Source of the DNA: Blastocystis sp. subtype 4
Taxonomy: Eukaryota
Length of the DNA: 57,742 bases
Assembly (NCBI RefSeq): GCF_000743755.1
Contig: NW_014569514.1
Coordinates: 1 to 57,742, forward strand
Direction of reading: 5' to 3'
In this document: positions 1 to 13,285 of the stretch, piece after piece
Layout: the number at the start of each line of letters is the position of its first letter
Position numbering within the stretch: position 1 is the first letter of the stretch
Made by a program: the position numbers and the translations under genes
Notes under the pieces: model-generated
The model's database searches: none
Told to the model about the DNA's origin: nothing
The model's input: only the letters and a program-made list of their open reading frames with translations

Positions 1-393
1 CATACCACTCTCCCAATGACCCTTTCCACGACCACCAGCAAGAACCTGGGCCTTCACAACAAATTTGCATCCAGGGACTACGAATCAGCTTTCCAAAGCG
101 AAACGACGTACACTGGTCCCAGAGTCTCTCAGCAATATCACGAGATTTCTCAGGTGAATAAGCAACCTCTCCAGACTGAGCTCTGCCTCCGTACCTACTC
201 ATCAGACAAAGAGACCAACAACTACTTCTGAATGAGCTGCTTGCTCTGCCATTCGTGGATGTTCAAGAATCTGACAGCTCCCACAGTCTTGGGGGCCATT
301 CGCAGCATCTACACCAAATGACACTCCAAATCCTTTCTGTACAGAGCTGGTGAAAGCATTCGATGAAGCAGCAACGATTCCGCGTGTGAACAT
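1..393 (-). CDS. sucC: Succinyl-CoA synthetase beta subunit, MRO-targeted (5' part; continues beyond window start)
   Basis: Spliced reading MFTRGIVAASSNAFTSS/MLRMAPKTVGAVRFLNIHEWQSKQLIQK/YGGRAQSGEVAY...PGCKFVVKAQVLAGGRGKGHWESGM; KAQVLAGGRGK is the SCS-beta signature; ~30-nt introns. Confidence 0.95.
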
Positions 394-600
394 GTTAATT
401 AAGTACTAAATCAGAAAAGCAATGATTCTCAACAAAAGGTAGTAACGTGGAAACCTCTTCTCAAGTTCATGAATGTGAGTGGATTGAAATTATGGCTACT
501 AGAGAGGGTCAATGGTTACCTCAGACAACAATCAGGTTACCATTGATTCTTACACTGTCCTCCTTTTTCCTGTCAGAAGTTACACAGTTATTTCGACATC

Positions 601-1516
601 ATGGAAGAAGATACAAATAAGAGTGCTAACACTAATACACAGCTAACCCTTGTAGATCCTGTAATAGATGCTGTTGCTTATCTACAAGAGATTGCAAAGA
701 ATCCAAGCAAAAAGAAGTACCAATAGGAGGTGAGGATGAGGATTAGTCTTCAGACTAATCCCGAATTATTTGATATCTTGGCCTTGATCCGAAATCGAAT
801 GTATCGAAAACCGAATCGGTCGTTGTCAAAACACAAGATGTAGGGAATAATCAAGTAATTGAACTGCAGAGCTGAAAAGAAGGAAAAAATTCAAGGAAGC
901 ATACATACAGATAAAGTTAAGGGGAATGGAAATCCTCAGCCAGTTGTAACTGATTATTGCTGTGATTGCTCTCTACCTATCTGTAGGTTTCGGTTGCTGT
1001 TATGGATGTAGCTGGTGATTGGACTCCTTGGGAATCTCAAAGTCCTATAAAAGCAGCAAGCAAACTTGGGCGAGGTCGTAGAATTGGTCAGTCACAATAT
1101 CAGATGGAAACATATTTGTCGTGTGTGAACAGCATCTATGGACAGCGAAGTGTTATTCCATATGGACTTCACAGCACGCAACTTGTCGTCTTATGTATGT
1201 TCTTTTATCGTAGTACTTGTTTCGACGTGCTCGACTCCTTGGTCAATTAGCCTCGGATCTCGTTCCACAAACCCCTTTAGGTACTTCCTTTGATATAAAT
1301 GAATTGTAGAGAAATGGTCGCCTCATGAAGTTGCTGTTTTTGAAGCGGCGATGTGTGTGTATGGAAAGGAGTTCCATCAGATCAGTGCCATTCTGGGAAC
1401 AAAGACTACAGCCGAAGTCATTGAATTCTACTATTCTTGGAAGTTTTCTAGCCACTATTACTCATGGAAAGCACATTATAGGAGTGCGAAGACCGATGCC
1501 GTGCATCGGGGTGGAT
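601..1516 (+). CDS. ELM2/SANT-type chromatin protein (multi-exon); stop probably created by polyadenylation at T1516
   Basis: Last exon KWSPHEVAVFEAAMCVYGKEFHQISAILGTKTTAEVIEFYYSWK is a SANT/Myb repeat; RIGQSQYQ resembles an ELM2 start; GT-AG introns of ~30 nt join the exons. Confidence 0.75.
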
Positions 1517-1520
1517 CATC

Positions 1521-1536
1521 TGTTTGTTAACAAACA
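1521..1536. terminator. Palindromic double polyadenylation motif TGTTTGTT/AACAAACA serving two convergent genes
   Basis: Perfect 16-bp palindrome between the 3' ends of the SANT gene and PSMB4. Confidence 0.85.
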
Positions 1537-1540
1537 GAAG

Positions 1541-2482
1541 AAACAAGCCATTTTGTGTCCAGAACATAAGGCTCACCCATCTCACAACCTTCATTCGTCA
1601 CCTTTGCGATTTGTATACGATTGCTTGCAAAGCAATTTCTGTAATAACCAACACGAGCACATTCCTCTAACATGGATCGAGCTTCTTCCTCTGTCATGTC
1701 AGGATGATATAAATCACGCATCAGAGGAAGACAAAAATAAACTCCATAAGCCGTAGACATGAAATCCTCTTCAAAGGCAGCTCCCAACTTGTCGACAACT
1801 CCAAGGAATCTACAAAGAGTTATTTCTGTTGACGGAAACGGAAATGCCATCTAGAAGCAATTCCTCTGTATCAACAACTCTCTTCGAGTCGGTATGGTGC
1901 AGAATGAACAACAATCAAACAACAACACACCACCTACGGTTTTCCGTCCTGCATTCCCACAACAACAATGTTATTCCACAGCGGTTTCATATCTGTTCTT
2001 GCATTATATAACCAGCAACGTAGATAGTTGAATGTAGCAGAAGCAGTCATTAGCGAATTGTCGTCCATGAAACAAGACTCATCTCTAGACATTCACATCG
2101 AAAAATGCATTCGTACAAGATACGATCCAATTCTTCACAAATACAAGTGAAGTCGCTATATTCACCATCGAAGGCAATAATAACATTGTTTCGAAGAATG
2201 TGCATTTTCTGAACACGCTTAAACATGGCCATACTTCCATAAGAAGCTAACCGATAACAACATCAAACTTTTCATTACCAAGGGTATCTGTACATAGAAG
2301 GACTCCATCTTTATATTTTGCTGCAAATACTGCACTACCTGTAACAATAGGATCACTTCATAGTCAAATCTGGATCCGAAAACCTACGTGGTTCGCTTTA
2401 CTGGGACGGAAATTGTATGATCTTTTTTCTGACTAATGAACTGCATCGATATGAGCGACAAATTGAGAAGTGAAGACAACAT
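1541..2482 (-). CDS. PSMB4: 20S proteasome subunit beta-7 (PSMB4/Pre4); stop probably created by polyadenylation at T1541
   Basis: DPIVTGSAVFAAKYKDGVLLCTDTL, ASYGSMAMFKRV, GEYSDF, LGVVDKLGAAFE, AYGVYFCLPLMR, YYRNCFASNR...DTKW. Confidence 0.9.
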
Positions 2483-2782
2483 GGTTTATTGCCAACTAGC
2501 TTGAATTCCCGTGATCATCGGTTCTTTCTTTCTATTGAACAGAAAAGTTGCCACTATTCTAGAATAGCTTAATGGCTCATTTTAAACAACAGTGATCCTG
2601 AGGATAACTCTAAATAACATGTATTGAAAGCAGATTCAGATTGAAAGGCATTTATAATAGTGAGACTTTTTGAAAGGCGAATTAAGCACAAACCCTACGA
2701 TCACACGGGAGTTCACGAAGAATAGCTATTGTCCACTTCGTTACTTGTTGCAGTACATGTAGATGACTCCATAGGAAATAAA

Positions 2783-5700
2783 ATGGAAGTATTCTTGTTG
2801 GATGGCAATGTTTGTTTCACTCAGAGTTTCTTCTTGTCGATATGATTTCTCCATTCGAACGGTTGGAAGAGCTCAATGTCTCTCCAAAGTCCAACTATCG
2901 TTGTTTGGAGTTGTCACCGAATGGATTACTGTATGCAGCAGCAACAACCAATTCCATTGAAATTTGGTCAGCTCAGGGAGAGGTTATGCTTCTAGCAAGA
3001 TGCCCACAGCAAAGACCTTCAGGATATAGTAAAGCCCTCTTGAATCGGATTTTTCTTATATGGAATGATAGCAGTGATTCTATTGTTGTTTTGCGCTCAG
3101 AAGGAATTGCAGATTTCTATGACATTGCGTATGGAACAAGATCCTTAGAGGACGTATATAGTGATCAAGACACATCGATTATGGTTCGGACGGCTTCTCT
3201 GAATATTAGAAATTCGGTCAATATCGAACAGTTCGGTTATCCCATTTGTACATGTCTCTATGACAAACGGATTATTGTTGCATCCGACAATGGAATGATT
3301 TGCGAACTCAATTGGAAAGGTGATAGTGTGGGTCGTCCTCTCTCTCGTTTTGTCCCTCTTTCAATCTTGGATTCATCTATTTCTTTAACAGATAAGAGTG
3401 TTTTATCTATGTCAGTTTGTCAAGAGCTTGAGTGTCTAGCTTTTGCCTTGTCTAATGGTAGTTGTCTTCTATTAGATATGTCTTCTTCCTCTTCCAAACT
3501 TCCTGTTCATGCCACTCTCTTTCATACAAACGCAATCGATGGAGTACGTATAGTCCAGTTCTGTCCAGGGTTACCACTCCTTGCAGTAACTTCGTCTCGA
3601 TTAACTGTGGATATCTATCGTATTTCGCGAGATCCGACACTTCAATTCTCTCGCATCACAACTATCGATGTCCGTCAATTTCCCCGTGTTTCACATGTTC
3701 CTCTTTATGCTTATGATTCGATTATTTCTCTGTGTTGGTGTCCTGGACAAATAATCCTTGCATTAGGCCTCCGATACCAAGGGATTATCGTCTGGTCATA
3801 TCATACTGGTGTTCTCTTTACATACAATGGCAACGTTTCTTCTTACCCTGTTGCTGAAGATGAAGAGGCGTTACAATGTAGTGGAGTTGCCTCTTCAACT
3901 GAAATAAGTTGTTGTGCATTCTCGATGACTGGAAGTTCTCTTCTCTTCAATGTCCCTTATGAACAAGTTATCAGTGCTCCAAACAATCAGGTATATTCCC
4001 GTGATAGTCGTCTCTTTCTTCAACGGTTTATGATTACACCTAATGTGATTCTGGCTACGTATTATTGTTGCTTGATTTTGAATACTAGAGAGAATTGTTC
4101 TGTTTTTGGTCATTCTGATACAATGCTCTATCATTTGCATACATCAGATATCTCTTCATTCGCTTTGCTTCCTTCATACTCACTCATTCCATATGAATTT
4201 CTATCTAGTGGTGAATTGATATTGGATCAAGTACAGTCACCATCAGGTAACAGTCTTCTGCTCTATACACATCACTCCATATGTGTTTATCAAAGTACAA
4301 AGGCACATTGGACACAAGCACTTCATATTGCATCGGTATGAGATATTGTTTGATTCATATTTGTAGGGATGTTGTATCACATCCGTAGCATGGCTCTCAG
4401 ACTTGTATATAATTGTTGCTACATCTCCTCAAGTTCCAAAACCTCTAGAAGCAACTCTCTTCGTTCTGAATGTCCGCTCTCTATCCTTTAGTCAAGCGGT
4501 ACAAGAGGTTGATTTGAGACTAGGTGATCCTTCTCTGGTTCCTGAGTATACTGTAGCTGAGAGTCTCCTACCAACTCATGCTCCTCTCCATAGTTATCCT
4601 CATATTGTGAGTATGCATTATTCTGATGGACAGTTACTCTGCTGTACTTCACATGGTGTATTCTATTTGTTTTCACTGCCAGATCTCAGTAAGTGTGAAT
4701 GATATGATTCATTCTCAGATGCTCTTCAGAATCCATTCACTTCACATCTTCCAATGGAATTCCAAACACGAGGAAATGTAGAAACAGCCTCTGGGATTCG
4801 ATTTGCATTCTATCTGCGTGTTCCATGTACACTAAAAAATGAAACAGAGAGTGAATTGGAGAGTGTTTTAGTTTGGCATCGAAATGGTGAACTTTCATAC
4901 ACATATCTTGCTGAGGAATCTCCTCAAGAGGTCCTCTTTTCATATTTGGATGAGATTGTGTACTGTGATCATGGAGATCGAGGTCATATCCAAGCATCAA
5001 TGAATCTTCCTAACTTCTTTCTCTTCATGAAATCATCGTCACTTACTGTAATTAAGTCCTATGATCTCTCATATAGGCGTGGATCCCTGAGTATGAGCAA
5101 CGACCTCCTGCAATGAATAATGAGAATCGAATGATTTCATCACAGACTGGAGGGTGTCTATATGGCTATGCATGGAGTAAGAGTATGCTAATATCACTGC
5201 ATCGAGGAAATGATGATCAGACAAGTAGTGGTGATAAGTCCTGGTTACAACCAATTGTATGAATGATAATCATATCTGATATAGGTTGTTTGTGGATTCC
5301 ATCTCCTCTTGGCTTCACTATTACAATCTCAGCACTACACAGTGGCTACAGCGTTACTGTTTATTGCATACTCTCAACATATTCCTTCACTCCTTCCATC
5401 TCTCGAGTATCTCCTTCATTCTGCTCTCAATTCAAATGATTCATCCTTCCTGACAGCTACACTCCAACTTCTTTCTCATATCCCTCAATTTACCCATCTC
5501 CTTGTTCGCTGTCTCCGAAAACAAGAACGTTCTACCTGGCCATTTGCAGTTCATGATGCTTCCGACATTCTTCGCCTCTTTCACTCCTTCTTGTTGAAAG
5601 ACGATCTTGAATATGCAGTAACAACGATTTCAATTCTTCAAGGCCTTCATTGCAGATTGAATGAAAAGAATGTGGTCGTTCCTGAAGATCCGAAGGAGAA

Positions 5701-6539
5701 CCAAATGCAGTCACTGAGTCAGCTGTTTCCTAAAGAACTGGAATGGGTTCCATATCATTTCAGTGAGGTGTTTAAAGAGAATTCGGAGGTGGACTGTATT
5801 GCTCATCGTAGTGGTTTACAGCTGCTTTTTGTAGCCTTAGTTCGAGAACGTTATGAGCTGCTTCAAGATGTGTACCGATTCCTGGAAATGGAGGTATGGG
5901 TAAACAAAGTGGCTGAATTCTAGGAAGCTCGACATGTTGAAGCAGGAGAAGCACTTCCACAGGAATTTCTCGTTGATCATGTTCTAACAGTGTTATGTTT
6001 GAATCTGCTTCATCAAGGGAATGTTCATCGAGTCATCACATTGTTCCAACATATTGAGTTTGCATGGAATGCAACTAATGAAGAAATGGAGGTCGAGAAT
6101 TATGCAGAGAGTCTTGATATTTTATTGGAGGGAAGTCATTGGATAATGCGTATGGAACAACGGGAATCAGAGGATATATTAATTAGTGAGCCACGAGAAG
6201 ATGGAGTAAGTGAAGCAGATATGGAGTAGGGGTAACAATAGGGAATGATGGATAGGTATCTATTGCATATGTTGATGTTAAAGGATTGTGCAGAATGGAG
6301 TCTATTATTGATGCTACTTCTATTGAAGACAAAACAGTTAGTTAGTTTTGCAATTGCAAGATCGGATTTATGGGATCGATTTGTGAGAGATTTCGAGGAT
6401 AAAGGCAAGTAGGAGAGAGATATAGTAGATTATTGATAGTGAATCAGTTGTTAATCTCCTCGATACTCTCTATGAGACAATTGAAGATATGAATAAAAAT
6501 GCAAACAAAGTATTTCATTCAATAAACAATGTACCTTAA
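2783..6539 (+). CDS. RIC1: RIC1-like Rab6 GEF subunit (beta-propeller N-terminus plus RIC1 domain); start approximate
   Basis: WD-like N-terminal ORF 2812-4341; RIC1-domain motif LEYLLH...LVRCLRKQERSTW...DDLEYAVTTISILQ; last exon ends NNVP* at 6537-6539. Confidence 0.75.
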
Positions 6540-9500
6540 CAATGGTTTGTTGGACCAACATCTAAATATGTCTTGAGAAGTTTCAGTTCTTCATCTTTCT
6601 CACTGATATCAATCATCACACAACCACTCATAGAAACATCATATACTTCATCATTTAGTGTTACATGATACAAAGCATGCATATCTTGTTGCTCTAATGC
6701 ACAGGATCCTGGATCAATCACTTCATCAAGACGTGATGAAGTCAAATATTCCTTGTACTGATCTCGATCAGCACCTTCACATCAATTCTTCTTATCTCAC
6801 TTACATTGGTATTCACTTACGGGTTGAACAGCTGTCTTCTTCAATTCATCATAATAGGAATGATAACTCTCATACTGCCTACAATTCAATTGATCCTTAC
6901 AGTCATACATCAAATCATGAAGAGCAATGTTCCGATGTGACGTGAAGACACAGTATTCACTCACTTTATCACTTACACGCCAATAATCATCCAGACGGAT
7001 ACTCCGAGGTCGTAGAGAAACACTTCCACGAATCGTTACTTGTCCTGGTGATGGTAATGAACCATTGGAAGGAGCAACTTGATCGCGAACACTCAGACGA
7101 AGATCTTCGTCTCCAGTTATCTCGCTCCGATCCTGATCCTTTTCCTCTCCAATTATAGGAGTTCGGAGCTGGGAACTTCGGCGTAGTGAAGATCGATTGT
7201 CTGTATCCACTTCATCCTCATCCTCATCATCTTCTTCTTGATTTCCCTTCAGCTTCTTCCCATCGTCCAAACCAACATACTGCACAGTTGAATGAGTACG
7301 TGTGTTCCAGTTCTCCCATGAACGAAATACAGTTGCTGGAACTCCAACCTCACCTTCATTGGCCATGGGAGATAAGTAATGCGGCTGGAAACAAGGAAGT
7401 GATAGAAGCTTGTCTAATTCACATGGTGAGTGTCTATATTCAATAAGACAGAATTCATCTTACGAAGAGTCGGCTTCAATCAACTGTTCCCAAACCAAAC
7501 CACGTTCATTACTGTGGGAATAGTACAGATCTTGAGATATGGATGGCAATGAGTGACAGAGCAAAGCTCCACAATAAGCACACAACAATGTATGTGAAGT
7601 GGGAGGTTTCTTACTGCAACAAGGACAGCGATCTGTGCTAGTACTTAAACGAAGAGGTTTCCACGGATCTCCATTAATTGATTGCTCATAAGTTAATAGA
7701 GGAAGAAACCACCACTTCTCAGGTGGAACAACACGTACCACTTCATCGTACGAATAACCGCGGTTATGTAAATAGTAATCATAGGTTGTTTTCCCGTTAT
7801 TAGTAGTATTTAAGAAGGCATGTTTTGTAGGTATAAATACTCCCAAGAATACATTCATAGCTTCCTGTTTGACTTTATCTGTAAATGTGTTGTTGTAATG
7901 ACGAAGAATGGTCGTGAATAATTCTTTTCGCTTCTTGTTCCCTTTTGTAATCTCAATCTTATTATGAGCATTGCTTCCTCCATATTGGAGACTAATAACA
8001 TCTCCTAGTTCCTTGTATCTAAAACTGAGACCAAGTGAATACACGATACAATTCAACAAGGAGTTGTTGGAGAGAGGATGATTCTGGTACACCAGGAGAA
8101 AACTCGATTCCCAGTGTGAAGAGCATTCGATACACGACTGTAAAGCTAAGGAAGAATTGAGCCACATTGGTTCGATCAAGACAGTCAATACAATTACTAC
8201 GCATCACACCTCGTTGCTCGAGATGATGGTTTTCAAGTAGACTCATTCGGAATGCATTCGTTAATCCTTCTATCTTAGAGCCATTTTTTACTTCATCTTC
8301 TTGATTCTCATTTTCTCTCATAACACGCCTATGAACCTCTGGTGAGATGTATGAGGCAAAGAAGGAAGTGGCACTATAATCGTAAGAATTAGACATTTCT
8401 ACTCAAGACTCATTCGAGAATGATACAACAAGATATCATGCAGGAGAGGATTCTCAACACTAGATCGCTTAGCAATATCAGCAAAGTCAATATGCCAATA
8501 AGTAATCTTCATTCCTGTTGGCATCTGTTTATTGACAAAGCTACAGCTTTCACGAAGTAGGTCACAGACAAGAGATTCCCTTGGGTGTTTCTCTTTCATC
8601 TTCACTAAGTCAAATACCTGAATAGGAGCTGAATAGCGCTGTAATAATAATGATAGATGTTTTGTGAAGGTTCGGCAGAGAGGATCATTTAGAACAATTT
8701 GAATAGGAGGTCGTGGGACTGCTACACTTACGTCCTGTTTCCAATAACCAGGAATACTACCACGAAGTTGAACATGACTGCATATATGTCCCTCTTCATC
8801 TTCAATGATAGTTTCAACTTCTACTTCGTTGGCCACATATCCATCATCATTGATGCCTCGCTTCAGATAACGAGGACCAGCATACATCCTAATATTAACA
8901 ATTGATTACAGAGAGTACCGACTACGACGAGCAATGAGTGTTAATTGAAACTGTCGACTATATTGAATACAACGTTGCTGAAGGAATACTCCATGAATGA
9001 GATAACAGTACCATCTGGATGAAACGCATAGACTGAATTCGGAGAGAAGATATGAATTCCAGACAAACATCTCTTGAGGTTGTGATGGACAATCATGTGC
9101 CTGAACGAGGATATTATGCTGAACACAATGAGATAAGGGATAACGATAACTAAAATAGAAACCTTTGGTGAGATCCACCATGTTGAAGAGACCAAGACAT
9201 TTCTCCTCCAAATCCTATAGATAAGAGCAAATACTCAATATTACATCCATTTCTGACTTCCCTGAGAGAAGACTGTGGAAAAGACTCTTTGATGAATCCA
9301 CAGTGAGGGGAATAATATCATAACTCTACAAATAAGAAGGATGGAATGAAGAGACAAGAATGGAATAGATAATGTGGCCCATGATGATTCCTTCAGGTTT
9401 GGTTTCTGTTGCGATCACTAAGTAGTAGTATCGAGTGAATCTAACAAAGCCAAGAATGGCTTTGGCAGAGGTTAGACGAGTCAAACCTCCCGTTCTAAGG

Positions 9501-10179
9501 GATGAGAAGAACTAAGAAGAAGAACGCTTTATTCCCATCATGAATGGTAGATAATAGAACTTGTAACGATGCTCGAGAATATGAACGACCATCTTCGATA
9601 AGATAATCTTCTAGAGACCCTTCCAATTGTTTTGAAGATGATAACTGAATCTTCAGGATGTGGTACTCTTCATTTGGTACTGAACCACTTTCAGCAACAA
9701 CATACATCATCTACATATAAAACTGTACCAATTTCTGTACATTATACGTTCTATATAAAGTAAAATAAGAAAATGAATGTGGTTCTTGCGTCTTCAACTG
9801 ATACTGTCCCTTATTGGATTGTGTAGTGTAAGCTGAACTTTCATTATCACTGAGACCTCCATTCTTAGGAATCCAATAGGATCTCATAAAGCAATCCCGA
9901 AAAGCAACTACCTCTTTCATTTCGTTAATAGTTTTGAATCGCATTTGACATTGTTCTCCGTCTAATGACGAGATGAATGTGAAACACGCCCTAGATACTC
10001 ACTTCCTAGAAGCACAATTACTTATCTTCGTTTACTTCAATTGTAGAACCACTAATCGTCCCAATTAGGCTACCATCACAATAATAGCATCCACTAAGAT
10101 AATCAATTCCCAGAGTGTGAAATGCGAAAGATAAATCCTTTGTTGCAATCTCACAAAGCCAGGAATGATAGTAATCCAT
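6536..10179 (-). CDS. FIG4: SAC-domain phosphoinositide phosphatase, FIG4-like
   Basis: DLTKGFYFSY, LIARRSR/YAGPRYLKRG, VANEVEVE, RGSIP, RSNCIDCLDRTN (CX5RT), LQYGGS, YNNTFTD..KQEAMNVFLG; ORF 10018-10218 splices in frame onto ORF 9711-9944. Confidence 0.9.
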
Positions 10180-10290
10180 CAATTCAATAAGACAATTTAT
10201 TACTGTAATATGAATCACGGTTTTTAAGGATTTCTACCAAGTGCTTTAGGCTCCTAGCAATTCAGTATACTTGGTATATATTAGTATATC

Positions 10291-13107
10291 ATGAGTGAAA
10301 CCATTGAACAGCCTCCAGGAAATGAAGATGGAGAAATAATTGCATTCGATCAGAGTGATTCTACGGAGGAGTCGGATGATCGTGAACTTATTGATGAAAT
10401 TATTAAAATGGACTATGAGAATGAAGAAGAAGAGGAAGAAGAAATCGAGGAAGAGGTTTGTGAGTGGGCTTGTGCCTATTGCCAGAATAGTGATCCTACC
10501 GCCGTTGCTCGTTGTGTTGTATGCGGTCGGTGGTTCTGTAATTCGTATTGCCATTCTGGCTCCCATATTATCAAACATATGATTTATAGTGAGCACCGAT
10601 CCATCTCTTTGCATCCAGATGGCCTCCAGCCTGATTTTGTGGACACTCCAATTGCTTGTTTCAATAATCCTCAACACACGAATATTTTTACGTTGGGTAT
10701 TATCCAGAACACACAGGGATTCTATTCGATTATTTGTCGTGACAACTGTCTGGATAAGTCCCGATTGAAAGAGCTGAATTGGGATGCAGACACATGGAAA
10801 CATCTTGTCAATGACCGCCACATTGCATCATTCCTTCTAAATGATGAAAAGGCTGATGAACGTTCGGTGATCAAAGTGACGGATGAAGAGATTCGGAACT
10901 TGGAAAATCTCTGGAAGACACGTCCTGAAGCAGGTCTGGCTGATCTTCGGATGAATGCCGGTCAGAATGAGGATGAGTTGGAACATGTTCCTCTGACATT
11001 CGGTTCCGCAAAGACCTATCAATCTATTTTTGATCCATTGATTTCGTATGAAGAGAGCAGCGATAAGATGGACAATGATTCAAAATGTCTTGAAGATGTT
11101 GCTATTCGTTGGGAAAATGGTATTAATGATTCTAAAATCGCTGTATTCCATAACGATGTCACAGACAATCGATATCGTATGAATGTGGGACAAATGATCA
11201 AATTGCATCTTCCAGTATCTTTATTAAACACGAAAGAAGAGTTGGTATATCAAGGTAAAGTGATTCTTATTGAAGATTCGGAGGTTCATGTAGAAATGAA
11301 AGATTCCTCAAATCTGCCTCTGGGTCAAACAAGTGGCTTTCGTGTGACCTTCTTGTGGAATGGAACTTCGTTCCAACGGATGCGTGAAGCAATCAAAGGA
11401 CTCTTTTATGATACATCGATGTCCGAATATCTCTATCATCGCTTGATGGGAAATCCCGTCACTCCACATCAATTCCCGTTTTTACCGCTTTCATCATTTT
11501 CTGTCCCTGGTATGCCGGAATTGAATAGTTCACAGATTGCTGCTGTTCAGGCTTCCTTACAGAATGAACTGACTCTCATTCAAGGGCCACCAGGAACAGG
11601 CAAGACATGTGTGGATGTGTTTCGTGTTTGATTCATAGTGACTTCGTCCAGTATCGTTTATCATCTTGTTCGTCGTTATAAGCAGCGTGTGTTGGTATGT
11701 GCCCCCAGTAACATTGCTACAGACAATCTTACATTGATGATTCATAAGATGGGATTGAATGTAGTACGAGTGGTGGCTCGATCACGGGAAACTGTTTCAT
11801 CTAGCGTAGAGAAGTATTGTTTGCATAACATGGCGCCTTATGTGGGTGGAACTCAAGGCGAATTATTCCAGTTGAACAAGCGGGCCCAGGAAGTTGGACA
11901 ATTATCGCCTCGAGAAGCCTCTCTCTATGCGACGTTGATGAACAAGGCTGAATTGGCAATTCTCAAGGCTGCTGAAGTGATTTGTTGTACATGTGTGATG
12001 GCAGGTGATCCTCGTATTCGTCGCTTCCCATGCCCGAATGTATTAATCGATGAAGCAACACAGGCACGGGAACCAGAATGTTTGATTCCCATTGTGAATG
12101 GATGCAAACGACTCATTCTCGTAGGTGATCACGAGCAACTGGGTCCTGTAATCCTGGACCAGAAAGCAAAACGAGCTGGATTTGGGATGAGTCTGTTTGA
12201 ACGACTTCTTGCTCTTGATATACTTCCCTACTGCCTGAATGTTCAATATCGAATGCATCCTTCTCTCTCTGAGTTCTGTTCTAACACATTCTATAATGGT
12301 GAACTACAGAATGGTATTCCTATTGCGAATCGTACTCGAAATATCGATTTCCCATGGCCACGTTCTGATAAACCAATGATGTTCTGGGCGATAATGGGTT
12401 CTGAAGATCCAGGTTCCTCTGGCCGTTCTCTCCAGAATCGATTAGAAGCCAATGCTGTGGAAGCAGTAGTGGCTCGACTTCTTGCTTGTGGAATTGAAGG
12501 AAGTCGAATCGGTGTGATTACTCCATATGACAGTCAACGAACACTACTTCGTCAGTTCATTCAAACGCGCAGCTCATCGAATCCTCAGCAACGGAAACTC
12601 GTAGAAATCGCTTCAGTAGACGAGTTCCAGGGTCGAGAAAAGGATTATATCGTGTTCTCCTGTGTACGGTCTAATGCCAGCGGAGTTATTGGATTCTTGA
12701 AGGACTATCGACGAATGAATGTAGCTTTGACACGAGCTAAATATGGAATCGTAATTGTGGGTAATCCAAGTACATTAAAAATGGATCAATTATGGGCTTC
12801 ATTACTGTCATTCTATCAAACTCGGAAATGTCTAGTAAGTGGAGCTACACTGGATAATCTCTCTCACTACATGGTTCATATCAAAAGTTTGGATAATCCA
12901 AACTTCTATGTTGACAAATATGATTTGGCAAAGAGACGTATGGAAACCACATGGAAATATGAGACAGCAGATACTCAAGTATTCTTAGGTATGTTAGGAC
13001 CCACTCTTGAAGGAGATGGGCTTAGCAATGTACATTCATCAATCCCAGCATCCGATATCTTAAAGGGTATTCCCGAAGATATGGATATAGGTGATACAGG
13101 TATTTAA
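10291..13107 (+). CDS. UPF1: Regulator of nonsense transcripts 1 (UPF1 SF1 helicase)
   Basis: CH zinc domain (CAYC...WFCN...GSHI), IQGPPGTGKT, DEATQA, VGDHEQL, QYRMHP, VDEFQGREK, RRMNVALTRAK; one 30-nt intron at 11609-11638. Confidence 0.97.
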
Positions 13108-13110
13108 GAG

Positions 13111-13118
13111 TGTTTGTT
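13111..13118 (+). terminator. TGTTTGTT polyadenylation motif 3 nt after the UPF1 stop
   Basis: Exact motif; position -5 falls inside the TAA, implying no 3' UTR. Confidence 0.8.
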
Positions 13119-13147
13119 ACAATTAGTGTTTATACAAAAAGGAAAAA

Positions 13148-13221
13148 TGCTCAAACGGGGGATCGAACCCCAGACCTTCGCGTTATTAGCACGATGCTCT
13201 AACCAGCTGAGCTATTCGAGC
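13148..13221 (-). tRNA. tRNA-Ile (anticodon AAT)
   Basis: GCTCGAATAGCTCAGCTGGTTAGAGCATCGTGCT-AAT-AACGCGAAGGTCTGGGGTTCGATCCCCCGTTTGAGCA; A and B boxes, cloverleaf, followed by a T5 Pol III terminator. Confidence 0.97.
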
Positions 13222-13285
13222 ACGCTTCATTTTTTCATAGATAACTATACAAAGATATGAACCTGTATGCATCTCTATCCATACC

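Noticed and set aside
2809..2816. TGTTTGTT near the RIC1 start
   Set aside because: No upstream plus-strand gene ends here; it lies in the presumed 5' region or CDS, so probably chance.
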